Source: Vitrella brassicaformis CCMP3155
Taxonomy: Eukaryota > Protista > Chromerida
Assembly (NCBI GenBank): GCA_001179505.1
Contig: CDMY01000385.1
Location: 310,001 to 374,000 of the forward strand
Reading direction: 5' to 3'
DNA: 64,000 nucleotides
Position numbers and translations under genes: made by a program. The notes beneath the pieces were generated by a model. The model was not told where the DNA came from. It worked only from the letters and a program-made list of their open reading frames with translations, and searched no databases. This document shows positions 12,446 through 32,300 of this stretch, one piece after another. Numbering within the stretch: position 1 is the first letter of the stretch; every line of letters begins with the position of its first letter.

Positions 12446-12824
12446 TGCATTGCGGCAAGATCTGCAAAACGGGGGCGGGCGCGATTGCGATGGGGGAGAG
12501 GGGGAGGGAGGCGCGTCCGAGCAAGAACAAGGCGGGCCCTCGCTCCGTGGCTCCATTGCAGAGGGGCTCGGTGAGGGCACACAAGCTGACTGCGGAAGAG
12601 CTCCTTCCCTCCAGATGGGCGGGAGAGGCTCCAAATCCGCTCGCTATGCGCCAGTCAGCATCGCCCTGTCTTCGAGGCCGTTGCAGTGAGTGTTCAAAAG
12701 GGATGGGAAATGGATCAGGGGACAGGAGGCAGTCGGTGAAGTTGTTGCCTCTCAAACTATTCGGGTTTCAGGTGACCAAACGCCCGATTCCGGCCCCAGT
12801 TCGGTCTGGGGGCAGTGGTGTGAG

Positions 12825-12832
12825 AGCTCGCA
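12825..12832 (-). promoter_or_regulatory. TGCGAGCT element, Sushi-gene/hypothetical divergent spacer
   Basis: AGCTCGCA on the + strand, inside the 12445-13021 spacer. Confidence 0.6.
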
Positions 12833-13020
12833 ATTTGAGCCCCTCTCTCAAAAAGCGTTCATCGTTTGGATACAAGCCCTTTCAGCACCCAATTGCAAGC
12901 GACTTCGGAATCCGCGTTTTGCACTGATCGTGTCGCGATTGCCGCTCTCGTCATCATGCGGTTCGAGTCCTTCCTGCACCTGATGCACTTCGGATTTTTC
13001 ATAAGGCTCCTCACCCTGAC

Positions 13021-13730
13021 ATGGTGCCGCCCCCGCCCCCCATCAATGAAGAGGAATTCAAGCCCAAGGAGGTGCAGCAGAGGCCCACATGCACTGGGGG
13101 TGCTCGTCGCGCAGCCCGTCGGGGGAAGCGAGGACAGCAATTGCCGGCCCCTGCAGCACTGCAGCAGCCCAGCATCAACAGCATCAGCAGCAGCACCGGC
13201 ATCAATAGCGGCACCGGCAGTGCAAGCGGCAACTGGATCACCCGCGACAAGGAGGCAGAGTATCGAAGGTGGACGGCTCCCGCAGCTGCCGGGCAAGCCG
13301 AATTGGGCGACAAGGAACAAGAGAACAAGGGCGGCGTCAGCAACAACGGCAAGGTGAGAGCGAACTTGGATGGAGTCTCAATGACATGGCATTGTAACGG
13401 ATATTATCTATGTCTCTGCCGCACTCAGGATGTTCTTGCCAATGAGCCCTCATCGTCCGCTGCCTCTGCCAGCGCCAACGTCGACAAAAAGGCCACCCGG
13501 CTGCAGCGTGTGACGCTGCGTGAGCACGAGTTGCCCATGGCAAGGGCTCCGGTGGCCGAAAAGATGGCATCGGTGCTGGTACGTATATGTGCACCTCCTG
13601 CACACATCTATCCGTCCACCTAGCACTTTCTTGTGTCGTGTGGATGCAAGCGGAGAAGATCAAGGGCAGCGGCCCCAGCGTGGTGTGCAACAACAAACAC
13701 GCCAACACCAAATACAACAACGGAATCTGA
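13021..13730 (+). CDS. Hypothetical low-complexity protein (2-3 exons)
   Basis: ATG 13021 MVPPPPPINEEEFKPKE.... GT-AG intron at ~13354-13428 keeps frame (NNGK|DVLANE). The putative last exon (KIKGSGPSVVCNNKHANTKYNNGI*) has coding-like codon usage but its acceptor is uncertain. No domain recognised. Confidence 0.45.
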
Positions 13731-15558
13731 TAGGGAGACAAGAGGGGAACTCAAGACGGAGGAAAGAGATATGGGGAGGGGGGCGGTGGGTGCGTCTGCC
13801 TGCTCACTCGCCGTCTTTGCCATTCTCTCGCTCGCCCTTCCTGTCTGTCTGGCTGGGTTGCCTCCTGTACATGTGATTGATTGGGGGTAGCATCGTTCCT
13901 TTGTGTTGTGATGTGCACCGTCCACTGAGAGCACAGCGGCCCGCCCCACCTAGCTGGCCAATTCCCCCTAGCCCGTCCACTCACCCACTCGCATAGCTTC
14001 CTCGCCTGACACACACCTACCTACCTACCTAGGAGATGGCAGCGGTTTTCCCGTTAGCTGCCATCAGCACATACGGCGTAATGAGACAGGGGATAGTCCA
14101 TCCATCCACCAGAGTTCCACCAGAGAACAGCCAATGCAATGTTGAACAGTGGATGGAAGGCAGAGAATGTACTGACTTACATGGGTGTGAAGCGACCGTT
14201 CACACCACACCACAGGCACATAGCCAGCGGCACAGCACACGTGCATCTGTCGGCCCTTTGAGCTCTCTCTTGCGGGGTGTGTGTATCCATGCGTGTGTGT
14301 GCGTGTGCGGACTGTGTGCGTGCGGCCCTCTCGAGGCCTGCCTTCACGCATCCGTCCATGTCCCTGTCTCGTGGTTGTTTCCGTACGTGGTGCGTGGTGC
14401 GTGGATCGACTTATTGCATGGCCGGACATCCACATGTTGATGTGAATGGATTACTTCTATCTATTCTCCGTCCGACATGCATAAGGTATGTGTGCTGCTA
14501 ACCACATCTATCTGCCGCTGCTCGATTCGTCCAACCATTCGTCCAACCATCCGTCCAACCATCCATCCATCCATCTGCCGGTCAAATGGACTCACTCGCC
14601 CACCCACCCACCCACTATGCACTGATGGTGACAAATAAAATAAATACACGCAGATGCAATCCATTAATGGGTACATACAGGCATGTAGCTATATAGGTAG
14701 GTAGGTATGTATGTCACATATTATGTACATGAGATATGGATGGCTGTCCGGGGCTGCTTGGTACCACGTCATCGGGCGGACCGATCGGTGGCCTGGCCAG
14801 CCGGTGGACAGACAAAGGGGCTGGTACATACCTCAAGACGAAGGCAAAGCCCCCCAACGGACGCTTTCGGAGGGACCTAGGTGGAGGACCTACCATCCCA
14901 TCCTGCTGACCAAGCAAGCACTGACCATCCAATCCACCCGCACTGCGAACAACCGTCTTTCTCAAGACTGAGACCGACGAGTGTTCACGGGATGGAATGG
15001 ATGGGAAGCAATCGCAAGGCCCGCAGGAAGACACAGGCCGCCGTTCCTTCCACCCTCACGGCATTCACACACAGCGTAAGCACTTAAATCATCATGTCGC
15101 ACACAGCTCAGCACAGCAAGGGCAACAAAGACGATAGATATCTGACCCATCCATGTTTGTATATATGCAGAAAGGTTCACAGAGCAGACAGGGATGCATG
15201 TCTGCCTGTCTGTCTGTCGAGAGGCCGGCCGGCTGTACAAATATGAATCGATGTGTGTATGTGTGTATGTATGTGTGTGAATGAAGCTTGCCGAGCCCAG
15301 AGTGTGTCAGGTCTCGGTCGCCACAGCAGAGAGCCCACACAGCCCACACACACAGCCACAAGGATCCCTTTTGCCCTCTCTCCTCTCTCATCCCGCCCGC
15401 TAAGTCATCCCATTGCAATGCAGCCGCCCTCACCAAAAAGCCCAAACCCATACTGTATGTCAGTCTTGCGGCCGGTCAGCGCTGCATCCATGACATCACA
15501 CACACAGAACCATAGCCACTTGCCCCCCTGTGTGTGTGTGTGTCTGTGTACCCACCCG

Positions 15559-22000
<6,442 letters not shown>

Positions 22001-22145
22001 CTGCTGTCACGGTCAGCGTCCGTCTCAGAGGGAGGGTGGCGTGCCAAAGTGGAAAGCAAATGGCTCAAAGGAGGTGCTCAAGGCGATAGAAGACCCCTGA
22101 TATCGGGAAAAAGATGGGAGATGGCGGACGGGAGAGATCCGCGCG

Positions 22146-22161
22146 TGCGAGCTTGCGAGCT
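22146..22161 (+). promoter_or_regulatory. Tandem TGCGAGCT x2, DEAD-helicase/XPO7 spacer
   Basis: tgcgagct-tgcgagct-taaa, inside the 22000-22640 spacer. Confidence 0.65.
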
Positions 22162-22639
22162 TAAATGTGCAAGAGGGAAAGTGACGCGAAGAAGGAGGTG
22201 ACGTGATTGCTGTGTGGCCGCGCAATCACACGCGGCGAGAGCGAGTCACGTGGCGAAGCAACTGAGATCTCGAAGGCGAGACTCGCCGAGAGGCTCTTGC
22301 CATCTGGTAGTGGTCATCTGGTAGTTGCCCGGCCTCTCGGCTCGTCGAATCGCCGTGTTGGCAGGTGCAGACGCAGACATAGGGTGCATGTAGACACACT
22401 CGCGCAAACGCATGTTGGCTGACGTCATCTGTCGCTCTGTCTGTCTGATGCGTGCAGGTGTGTGTCGGGAGCGTGCGTGCCTGCGTTGCCTCCCTGAGAG
22501 ACCACGAAAGCCAAGTTTTAAGAAGTCTAGAGGACCCCTCCCCGCTTGCAGCTCCCCTCCCTGCCCCTCTCCCCCTCTCTCCCTGGTTGTTGTCGGTGGT
22601 GCGGTGCCGTGCGTGTGTTGTATGGAGAGTATCGCCACG

Positions 22640-25600
22640 ATGGACCCGTCTGAACTCTCTCAGATGGAGGTACGCCAGCTGCCACACGGCCAACCACCGC
22701 AAACACGCACGCCATGGATGTTGGTGGTGTGTGTGGCGGTGTGCCGGGCAGACTTTGTGTAACTCTCTGTACAACGCGACAAGCGAGCAGGAGCGCTCCC
22801 AGGCGCACACCATCCTCATCCCCCTCACACAGGACGCCAGCCAGCTACCCCGGCTGCAGAACCTCATCGGCACCTCAAACCAGCCACACGCCCTCGTCTT
22901 CGCAGCCACGGCCGCCCTCAAGATCATCACCCAGTTCTGGGCACAGATCGGCGACACGCAGAAGGAGGAGCTGCGGTCCTTCCTCCTCAACTTTTTGGCG
23001 CAGAAGGGGCCGGACGTGCTGCGGAGCGCGCCCCAGGCCCTGACGCAGGTGATTCGGCTGGTGTGCCGGATCGTCAAGCTGGCGTGGCTGGAGGGGCCGC
23101 AGCACCAGACCATCACCGAGCACGTCGGGCAGTTCCTGCAGGCGTCGACGGTGCACTGGGTCATCGGGCTGGAGATCTACTGCGAGCTGACGACCGACAT
23201 GCAGCCGCAGCTCGGGCCCAGCATGTCGCGCTTCAGACGCACCGCGCTGTCCTTCCGCGACACGGCGCTGCCGAGCATCTTCACGGTGGCCCTGTCGACC
23301 CTGCACAAGATGCACGCCCGGCAGCTGCAGATCCCCGAGCAGACGCAGGAGAGACGGCTGCTGCGGCAGGTGCTGTCGCTGTGCTGCTCCTGCCTGAGCT
23401 TCGACTTCATGGGCACGATCCCCGACGAGACCTCCGACGACCAGCAGACCGTCATGGTGCCGCACGGGTGGTCGATGCTGCGTGACGACTCCATCCCGAC
23501 GCTCTTCCTCTCCCTCTACCAGCGGACCTGCCAGGACAAGCACTACGACTGCAGCGTCATCTGCCTCCAGTGCCTCGTGCTGCTCTCCTCGCTGAGGCGG
23601 TCATTCTTCCACAAGGAGGAGGACCGCGCCAAGCTGCTGAGCAGCCTTATCATGGGCTGCACCCAGATCCTGAGCAACAAGGTGGGGCTCGACGACGGCA
23701 GCAACTACCACGAGCTGTGCCGGCTGCTGGGCAAGATCAACACCGCCCACCAGCTGACGGAGCTGTGCGCAGCGGACGCCTTCCAGCAGTGGATCGACCA
23801 GGTGTACCAGTTCACCATCGAGAGCCTGCAGAGCTGGCAGCACATGCCCAACAGCAAACACTACCTCCTGCAGTTCTGGTCCCAGATGGTCAACCCACTC
23901 CTCTTCGCAAATGCCAAGGACAAGGCGCCCAAGGCACTCGAAGGATACATCCAACAGGTGCGTCCGCTCTCTCTCCCTCCCTCCACCCACCCCTCCCTCC
24001 CTCCCTCCCTCCATCCATCCATCCATGTGTGTGTCTCGGTTGGTTCTGTCTGTCTCCCCCCCGCCCGCCCTCTATCTGCAGATAACGTGTGCGTACATCC
24101 AGTCGCGTTTGCTGATGGCCGAGGCCTTCTCGTCCGACTCGTCCGTCCTGTGGGAGGACCCCCTCACCGACGAGGTCATGCGCAGCGAGCAGCTCGAGGT
24201 CCTCGCCTCACTCGGACGCTGCAAGCCGCAGGAGACCGCCCAGGTGCTCATGAAGTTCTTCGAGCAGGTCACCACACAGGGCCAGGCGGGCCAGCTGAGC
24301 CAGGTGGTCTTCGAGAAGAAGGTCACCTGGCTCGTCTACATGATCGCCGCCTTCATCGCCGGCACAGCCAACATGAAGACACCCGTGGCGAGCGGCGGCA
24401 ACAGCGACCGCATCGACCAGCCCGCCGCCCCCGCCGTGCCCCCACACGTCATCACGGGGGAGCTGTCGTCCCGGGTGTTTCAGCTCATCAATTTGACCGA
24501 CAGCCAGTCGTCGGCCCCCGAGGACCTCGAGCTCGCCTACCTCTACTTCCTCGAGCAGTTCCGAAAGGTCTACTTCGGAATGCACGCCAAACAAATCTTC
24601 CAGGTGGGTGCACGCAACACGCCACACAGCACAGCGGTGCGGTGCTTGGGCCGCGCTGATGGACACTCATCATGTCGGTCCCTCTGTGTCTCTGTGTCAG
24701 GCTGAGGTGACAGAGCGTCTGTGCACGGTGCTGGGTTTGAAGGACGACGACGCCGTACTGGGTTTGCTCATCAACAAGATCGGCCGCAACTTCCAGCAGA
24801 GGGTGCACCTCGAGCAGGTCATCAAGAAGTCCCTCCAGCTCTTCTACGAGCTCGCCGCCGGCATCAACATCGTCCACACGACCGGGGGCGGCCCGGGGGA
24901 GCGCGCCGGGCCCATCTACGGCTCCCCCCTGCTGATCGTGTCGGGGCGGCTTCTGCTCAAGAACGAGACCGTGCAGTCGATCTTGCAGCGGCACAACCAC
25001 ACGCAGTTCACCTTCCTGCAGGTGCCGTCGTACGGCAAGTACCGCACCATGTACTACCACACCCTGGGCAAGCTGCTGTTCATGGAGGTCAAGGACAACA
25101 AGGAGCCCTTCGAGGAGTTCATGCAGCCCCTCTCAGACGTCGTCGCCTCCATGTGGGCGCCCCCACAGCTGCCCCTGGCGCCCACCCAGCTCCGCGCCCC
25201 CCAGTGCAAGATGCCCCTGATCGGGCTGTGCAGAGACCTGCGTGGCCTGTGTCTGGCCTGCATGAATGCCGACCCCTACAACCTGCTGTTCAGCTGGCTG
25301 GTCGAGAAGCCCAAGCAGCCGCAGATGTCCCGGCTGGGCCTCTTTGCGGCGGCCATCGACGTGTGGTGGGACGACCCCGACGTCGTCATCCCCCTCCTCA
25401 AGTTCATGTCCGAGTTTGTGCACAACAAGGCCAACCGCATCGCCTTCGAGCCGACCAGCCCCTCGGGCATCCTACTCTTCAAGCAGGTGGCCAACGTGCT
25501 CTGCACCTACGGCCAGCGGATGGTGACGCGCGACTGGTCGAGTGTGGGGCCGGGCGTGTCGAGCGGGCAGCTGTACCGGATCCGGTTCAAGGGCATCGGC

Positions 25601-26692
25601 ATCGCACTCGAGATGTTCTCCCACGCCCTCCAGGGCAACTACACCAACTTCGGCGTCTTCGAGGTCTACCAGGACACCTCGCTGCACGACGCCTTCGCCA
25701 TCGCGCTGCAGCTGGGCATCTCCCTGTCTGCCGAGGACCTGTCGGCGTACCTCAAGACGCTCAAGCCCTACTACCTGTTCCTGGAGTTCGCCACCCGCAA
25801 CCACATGCCCAAGATGCTCGAGCTCTGCGAGGTGGTGCAGTCGACGTCCGCGAACGTGCCGAGCAAGGAGCAGGGCGGGGCCACCCTGGTGCCCGTCCTC
25901 CCGGCCAACGGGCTGTGCCGCGTGTTGGCGTCGATCGAGGAGGGCCTGTGCTCCTTCGAGGCCGGCGTGGCCATGCAGTGCTGCGCCACCCTCGACAACA
26001 TCGTGACCTACCTCTACACCACTCTGCAGAAGCACCACCAGAACAACCGGACGCGCCAGAAGCAGCGCGGCCAGATGCCGTCACCCGTCCCCACCCCCAA
26101 CCACACATCAGCCACAGGCGACCCCGGCCGCACCGCACTGGAGCTCTTCCAGCTCAACCTCCCGCCGCCCATCCCCGCCGAGGAGACCGAGGAGGAGGTG
26201 CAGCGTGTGCTGCGGTTCCTCTACCCGCCCGAGGGCGGTCTGGCCGACCCCAACCCGCCCCCGCCCGGCGTCCGCACGGTGCCCCTCCTGCTGCAGCGGC
26301 TCATGTCGCTGCTCTTCGACCTCGTCTTCAGCGGCGAGTTCACATCGACATGGTCCATGAGCCGCCCGCTCCTGGGGCTCATCCTGCTGCAGCCCCAGAA
26401 GTACGCCACACTCAAGGAAGGGCTCGTGCACACACACACGATGCTCTCGGGCCCTGGCGGGAGCGGGGCCGGGGCGAGGGGGGCAAGTGGCGGTGCTGGG
26501 GGTGGTGCGGGTGGGGGGGAGGGGATGGTCGACGGGCAGGACGGTGAGGGGCAGACGAAGCGGAGCAAGCTGGAGGGGTATTTTTCCGACCTGCTGTCGG
26601 GGACGGAGGCGAATCTGTCGACCAAGACCAAGGACCACTTCACGCGCAACCTGTACCATTTCGCACAGATGATACGGACGTCACTCGTCTGA
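22640..26692 (+). CDS. XPO7: Exportin-7/RanBP16-17 family karyopherin
   Basis: Exons 22640-22669, 22752-23957, 24082-24603, 24701-26692, all in frame. Family-typical segments: LCNSLY, FRRTALSFRD, CLSFDFMGT..DETSDD..TV.VP..W, LYYLLQFWSQMV-like, ALKFMSEFVHNK..RI.F...SP.GILLFK, NFGVFEVY.D, CC.TLDNI, WSMSRPLLGLI, KDHFTRNL. Confidence 0.9.
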
Positions 26693-27968
26693 CACACATC
26701 CTCATACGGTGAGAGGGCAGGGCCGCAACAGGGGCGGGTGGGCTGCTTGTTGGCTCAGTATCTGTGTGTGTGCGTATGTGTGTGTGGTCAGGTCGGTGTA
26801 TCATCGTTTTGTTGCGCCTGGTCCCACGCTGTGGTCCGGTGCGAAGACTCTACCTGCCTGCCTGCCTACTCTATCTCCCCTGTCTGTCTTGTCTATCCAT
26901 TCTTGTCATGTTTCGAGATGGGTGCCTGACTGACTCACTGACCGATGCCTAGCCATCCCATGACGATGATTCTTACACACATACGCACATACGTACACAC
27001 ACACCGTCACTCTCTGTGACAGCCCTGCCGACCGACCTACCTACCTACCTACCTAGTCTTTCAAGTCAAGAGCCACCTGCCTGCCTGCCTACCTGTCGGT
27101 CTGCCTAGCTCCTTCCCTCTCCCTCCCTCACGCGTACAGGTCATCCATACACGTCACGTCCACATGGGGGGAGGCAGAGGCAGGCAGCGCGGGCGGGCTT
27201 AAGTCGCATCCGTTTCCGCCCTTCCACACCTACGAATCGAGGGCGAGGCGATGGGTGAGGGTGAGGTGCGCCGTTTTGCGGCTGGCTGTGAATAAGAAAA
27301 GGAGTGCTGCTGTTATATTTGTACGCGCGGCCATCACTGATGGACCGCCTACCTAGTCGACTCGTGATGCGACAAACGGACAGACAGACAACACAATCCC
27401 GCCACGCCCCTCCACGCGCTTCCACACACCCTTCTTGGTCACCAAAAGGGCACTCAGACAGGCAGGTGCTGTGTGTGTGAGAGGGCGGGGCCTAATTTAA
27501 TGCTAGTGTGTCAGGTGCCTGGCTGCCTGTGTCTCCATATCTCCCTCTTCCCTCCCTCCCTCCCTCCCTCCTGTCTCTGAGATCCACCTGTCTGTCCGTC
27601 TGCGTGTGGCCGCATGTGTGACTGGTGGTATGCGAGACTCACCTGCCCTCCCTGTGTGGGCTATGCCTATGCCATGCGATGCGATGCGCTGCGATGGATT
27701 CATGCATGTCACTTACTTTCTCTGTCTGTCTGTGTGTGCGTGTATGTATGTATGTGTGTATTTAATCCTCCTTTATCGAACCGCTCGGGGATCAAACACT
27801 CACAAACTCACAGCCGCGGAGAGTCGCGTCACCGTCATGGTTTACTCACCCACCCACGCGTATGTGCACTCATTGTCAGGCACTCGACAGTCATGAGTGC
27901 GTTTGTGATCTGTCAGCGATACGACACGCACCAGAAAAGTTGCCCCTCTACATAATGTCCTCGGCGCA

Positions 27969-29203
27969 TCACAGGACGATCAGCAGCACGATCAGCGTCA
28001 CAGAAAGGATCTGCAGACACGTGCGCACGGCCACACAGACAGGTGTGTCGGCGATTTCCCTCTGGGCGTGTGGTCAGGCTGACCAGAATGAGGGCGTATA
28101 GGCACGTATATGACGACCGCTGCAGCACGCGAACTGCACACACACACACACACACGTCCATCAAGTGCTGCACACTGCCACCGTTTCACTGCCCACCTAG
28201 CAACGTCTGGTTCTGCTTGAGTTGATGCCTTGTGCGCTCGGCCTGGTGGCGGATGACACACACACACACACACACACACATAGATCACGGTGCGTCTGAG
28301 AGAGGGCGTGTTGATGCGTACATCAGCATCGATATCGCCGATTAGTCTGACATGCAGGTTGATCTCCTGGTTGATGTTTCCCCCTATGCTCTTCAGGTTA
28401 TGTACACTCCCCTCTAAAAACTCAAGCGCTGCGTCCTGCTCTGCACACACACACCACACTGCGTCTGTTATGTGGCGTGGTGTTGTGTTGTGTTGTGTGC
28501 GTACCGTGTATGGATTTCTCCTGTAGCATCATGATGTCCTGGTCTGACATGTTGTGGAGCTCATCCTCAGTGTGCCGCAAGCGTGTGGAGGCGGATGTGG
28601 CGGTCGACCCGTGACTCAGAGGCTCGGTCAACCCACTCCTGCAGCGATGCAATGCACGTGAGCAGCCTTAGGCACGTGTGTGGACAGATGGATAGATGGA
28701 TGGATGTGTGGGTGAGTGGTCACCTGAATCCCTCCCTGAATGTTTCCTCCAGCTGCTCCCGTTCCTGCTGCAGCTTCGCCACCTTGTCACGCCGACGAGT
28801 CAGCTCCTTGGTTGTGCTAATCACACACGCACACAGACACGCACCCAAGAGGGTGAGAAGGGACAGTCAGCGACGCAGACCTCTCACATGTTGTATGCGG
28901 GCGGGTTGGCTGCGGATGTCGACACGGCCTGCTCGAGGTGAGAGATCTCTTGGGCCAGCTGAGCTATTTGCCCTCGGACGATGGCTGTATGCTGCACGAT
29001 GAATCAAAACACACAAACACGCACGTTGCCGAGGTGAATGAACACTGATGTTTGTGATATAGGTACCATCTACAGTACACCATCCTCACCTTGCCGCGGC
29101 CGCTGCTTCCCGATGCCGCATTGTCCCGTTTCTTGATCTCCAGAGCGATGTCGCGGGTGAGAGCTTTCGCCCGGTTGAAGTCTTGAAGCCAATAGTCATT
29201 CAT
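27969..29203 (-). CDS. Syntaxin-8/SYP5-like Qc-SNARE (tail-anchored)
   Basis: Seven exons: MNDYWLQDFNRAKAL..., ITTKELTRRRDKVAKL, SNARE motif EQDAALEFLEGSVHNLKSIGGNINQEINLHVRLIGDIDAD|AERTRHQL, and C-terminal TM TCLYALIL|ILSVTLIVLLIVL*. Confidence 0.85.
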
Positions 29204-29245
29204 CTCAGCAGCCAACTGTAAGCCAACACAAAGAAGCAGGGACAC

Positions 29246-29253
29246 TGCGAGCT
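29246..29253 (+). promoter_or_regulatory. TGCGAGCT element, SNARE/coiled-coil spacer
   Basis: tgcgagcttaaa, inside a 154-bp ATG-to-ATG spacer. Confidence 0.65.
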
Positions 29254-29356
29254 TAAAGTGTAAAGTTCGCCTTGAAACAAAAATGCGCTGCCGCTGAAGG
29301 GCGTGTGTTGATTCGTTTCGGTTCTTTCGTTCGTTGATTCATCCATTCATTCGGCG

Positions 29357-32300
29357 ATGTCGCAGCTGGCGGCGCTGGGCCAGGGCGCTCACGGGCCGGT
29401 GCTGCTGAAGTCTGACACCGACCGCTTCCTGCGCCAGCTCAACGAGGAGGGCAAAGCGCACGGTGAAGGAAGGAGAGATCAAGCACGGATCCACCCATCC
29501 ATCCATCCATCCATCCATCGTTTGTCATTCTCTGTGTGTGTTAGATAAGGTGCAGGCGTTGGTCAAGGAGAGCAAGAAGGCCATAGAAGATCTGCAGCTC
29601 CTCAAGCAGCGCGGCGCACAGACGAATGAGTTCATATCCCAGAGAATCCAAAGCTCAGAGGTCACCACAAACCACCGCAAACAACACGCAAACATGCCTA
29701 ATGCATGTGTTTGGCTGTTTGTGGATGCATCACTCACTCACTGCAGGCGCGTCTGGGTCAGATCTTGGAGAGTGCGTCGGCGGTGGCTCAGCAGATCAGC
29801 GAGTCCAAGGGTCTGTTCGCCGTGCTATCGCAGCAGAGGGAGACGCTCGCGGTGCTCATGGAGTCCGTGACGAAACGAGCCATTGAGCGAGGTGAGCTAC
29901 AATCAATCAATGACAAAGGGGAGAGAGACATCTGTGTGGTGTGGTGTGTGTTGTTTCATGTGTCGTTGGTGTGGTGTGGTGTGGTGTGCAGAGGGTTGTT
30001 TGGATCATCTGCGTCGCAAGCACAACAAGCTGCAGGACACACTCACGCGCCAACTCGCCACCAACATGCAACTCCACGAACACAAGGTGACCCACACACC
30101 CACGACACCACAACACATCGATGGTGGTCCATGTGTGTGGTGTGTGGTGTGATGGTGGTGGGTTTGTCAGATGATGACGCTCGAGGACCTGCGCGCCCAC
30201 CACTTGGAGTCGTGTGGGGTCCAGGCCGACACACGCATGACTCGAGAGAAGAAGGCCGAGGTCGACAAAGGCACCGCTGCCGTCGACGAGGCCACCCGAC
30301 AGCTGCAGCAGCAGATCGACCAACTCAAGCAGGAGGACGAACGCATCACCGAGATGACTGCCAAGGCGAGAACCAGCCTGGCACAGATGGCCGACAAACA
30401 CAAACGCCTCAAAGGTGAAGGCAACGAGACCACCTACACACAAAAGAAAAACACCTGACGCACTGCTCTTCTCTTGTACCATCAGATGGCATTGAGAAGG
30501 TTCGTGTGCAGAAGGAAAAGAAGCTCAAAGAACGGGTCGGGTAATGTCACAAATCCTCATTCCCTGCATGTCGTCTGTGTGTCATCCGTCTGTGTGTATG
30601 TGTGTGTGTGTGTATGGTGTCAGGAGGAGAGCAAGGCGGCAATGCTCGAGTCGATCCGTGTGGTGCGTGAGTCCATCGAGGCCAAGCAGCAGCAGCTCAA
30701 GGACATGGACGCCAAGACCAAGAAGACATCTGAGCAGACGCAGAAGATCGAGGGCCAAGTACTCGACGCCAAGTCACGGATACTCATACTCAAAAATCAA
30801 ATCGACCAGGAACGAAAGAACTGCCAGACTGCAAAAGAGGTCAGGCAGAGACACCCACAGCCACACGAATGCATCTGTAGATGGATGGATGTGCGTGTCT
30901 ACTTGTTAGGCTCACGACGCTGCCCGTGCGCATCTCAAGCAGCTCGAGGCGGACAAGACGGACCATCTCAAGCAACTCGACGAGGCCAAGGCGAAGGTAC
31001 AGGCATCACACGACAGAACGGGAGAGGGAGGGAGGGGGAGAGGGAGGGAGGGATGCTGTCCTCATGTCATTTGTGTGTGTGTCAGGTTGCGTCGGAGCAG
31101 GAGCGTGCCAATGAGACCTTTCCGCAGCTGCTGGCAGAGGAGGACAAGAAAGGGGAAGAGCTCACAAAGACGCTCGAATCGGTCAGCTGCCTCCTCAGAT
31201 TCCCCACACACCCCACCCAGGCCATATCCATTCTCTCATCTGCAGCAGCAGCGCAAGACCGATGCGGCCCGTGCGAAGGCCGACGCCGCCCGCCAGCGCC
31301 TGCAGGAGGCGACGAAGCAGCTGGACGAGCTCAACCAAAAGGAAACAGGTGCAAACACACGCAAAACAAATAGCCAGAGAAGGGCCTGTGAGGGCGTCTG
31401 CCTTGCGTGGATGTGCAGATGCTGGTGGAGACATCATAGGTCAGGTCGAGGCCAAGAAGAAGCGGCTTGAGCAGCTACTGTCGTCATACGAGGAGGGGCA
31501 GACACACATGCAGAAACTAAATCAAGGTACCCACAGGCCCACAAACACAGCAACGAGGGAGGGCCTTGTGGGTTGCTGACTGATGCAGATTTGGATGGGG
31601 TGCGCAAGTGTTTGGTCGAGCGTGAGACGAAGCTCAAAGAAGCCAAAGCAGCATACCACAAGTAAGAGGGAGTATCCACGCTCACGCAACACATTTATGT
31701 GGGTGTACTGTTGCATGTCTGCAGGCAGCGTTCTGAGAGTGAGGCCGTCGCTCGCCATCTGTCGTCTCTCAAGGCCAAGGCGGCGCAGCAGGAGGCGGCC
31801 AAGCGAGACCTGCTGCGCCGATACGAGGAGCGAGAGGCTGCCGTGCGTGAGCTCGAGGACGGCGAGAAGCGGGTCGAGGAGAGACACAAGGAGAGCAAAG
31901 CACAGATAGACGAACAGATCATGTCAGTGGCAGGGACAGAGGGGGACGAGAGGACATCTGTGGTAGACTCTATGCGTCCGTGTGTGTGTGTGTGTGTGTG
32001 TGTGCAGGATGGGTTTGGAGGATCTGCGGAGCGCGTTGATGCCTGACAACGTGGCCGTGCGTGCTGAGGCACTCGCCAAGCGGACCAAGCAGCAGCGCGA
32101 ACGCGACATGAGGTATGTCACACACGACGGACAATCTCGTCCCTCTCATCCGTCTGCGTGCATCCACATCCACACATGTCGTTGGTGTGTGTAAAGTGAG
32201 AGGCGTGCGCGTGATAAGAGGGAGCTCGAGGAGATGGAACAAGAGTTCCAACAGCGACTCGAACAGGTAGAAGGATGACCGGCACACAACCAACGACTGG

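Noticed and set aside
12959-12970. GGTTCGAGTCC, a tRNA T-loop/B-box-like sequence
   Set aside because: The flanks do not form a 5-bp T-stem, and there is no acceptor stem or convincing A-box, so this is not a tRNA.
13900-15500. Short ORFs and a 12-bp tandem repeat (~14527-14562) between the hypothetical gene and the helicase
   Set aside because: No consistent spliced frame or domain; most likely 3' UTR or intergenic DNA.
23181-23188. TGCGAGCT inside XPO7
   Set aside because: It lies in coding sequence (Cys-Glu-Leu codons) and is consistent with chance background.
22875-26697. Long antisense and alternate-frame ORFs over XPO7 (also 49912-51585 +, 50394-51056 -, and similar)
   Set aside because: These are shadow ORFs caused by strong GC3 bias and few stop codons; the translations are R/P/A/G-rich with no domains.
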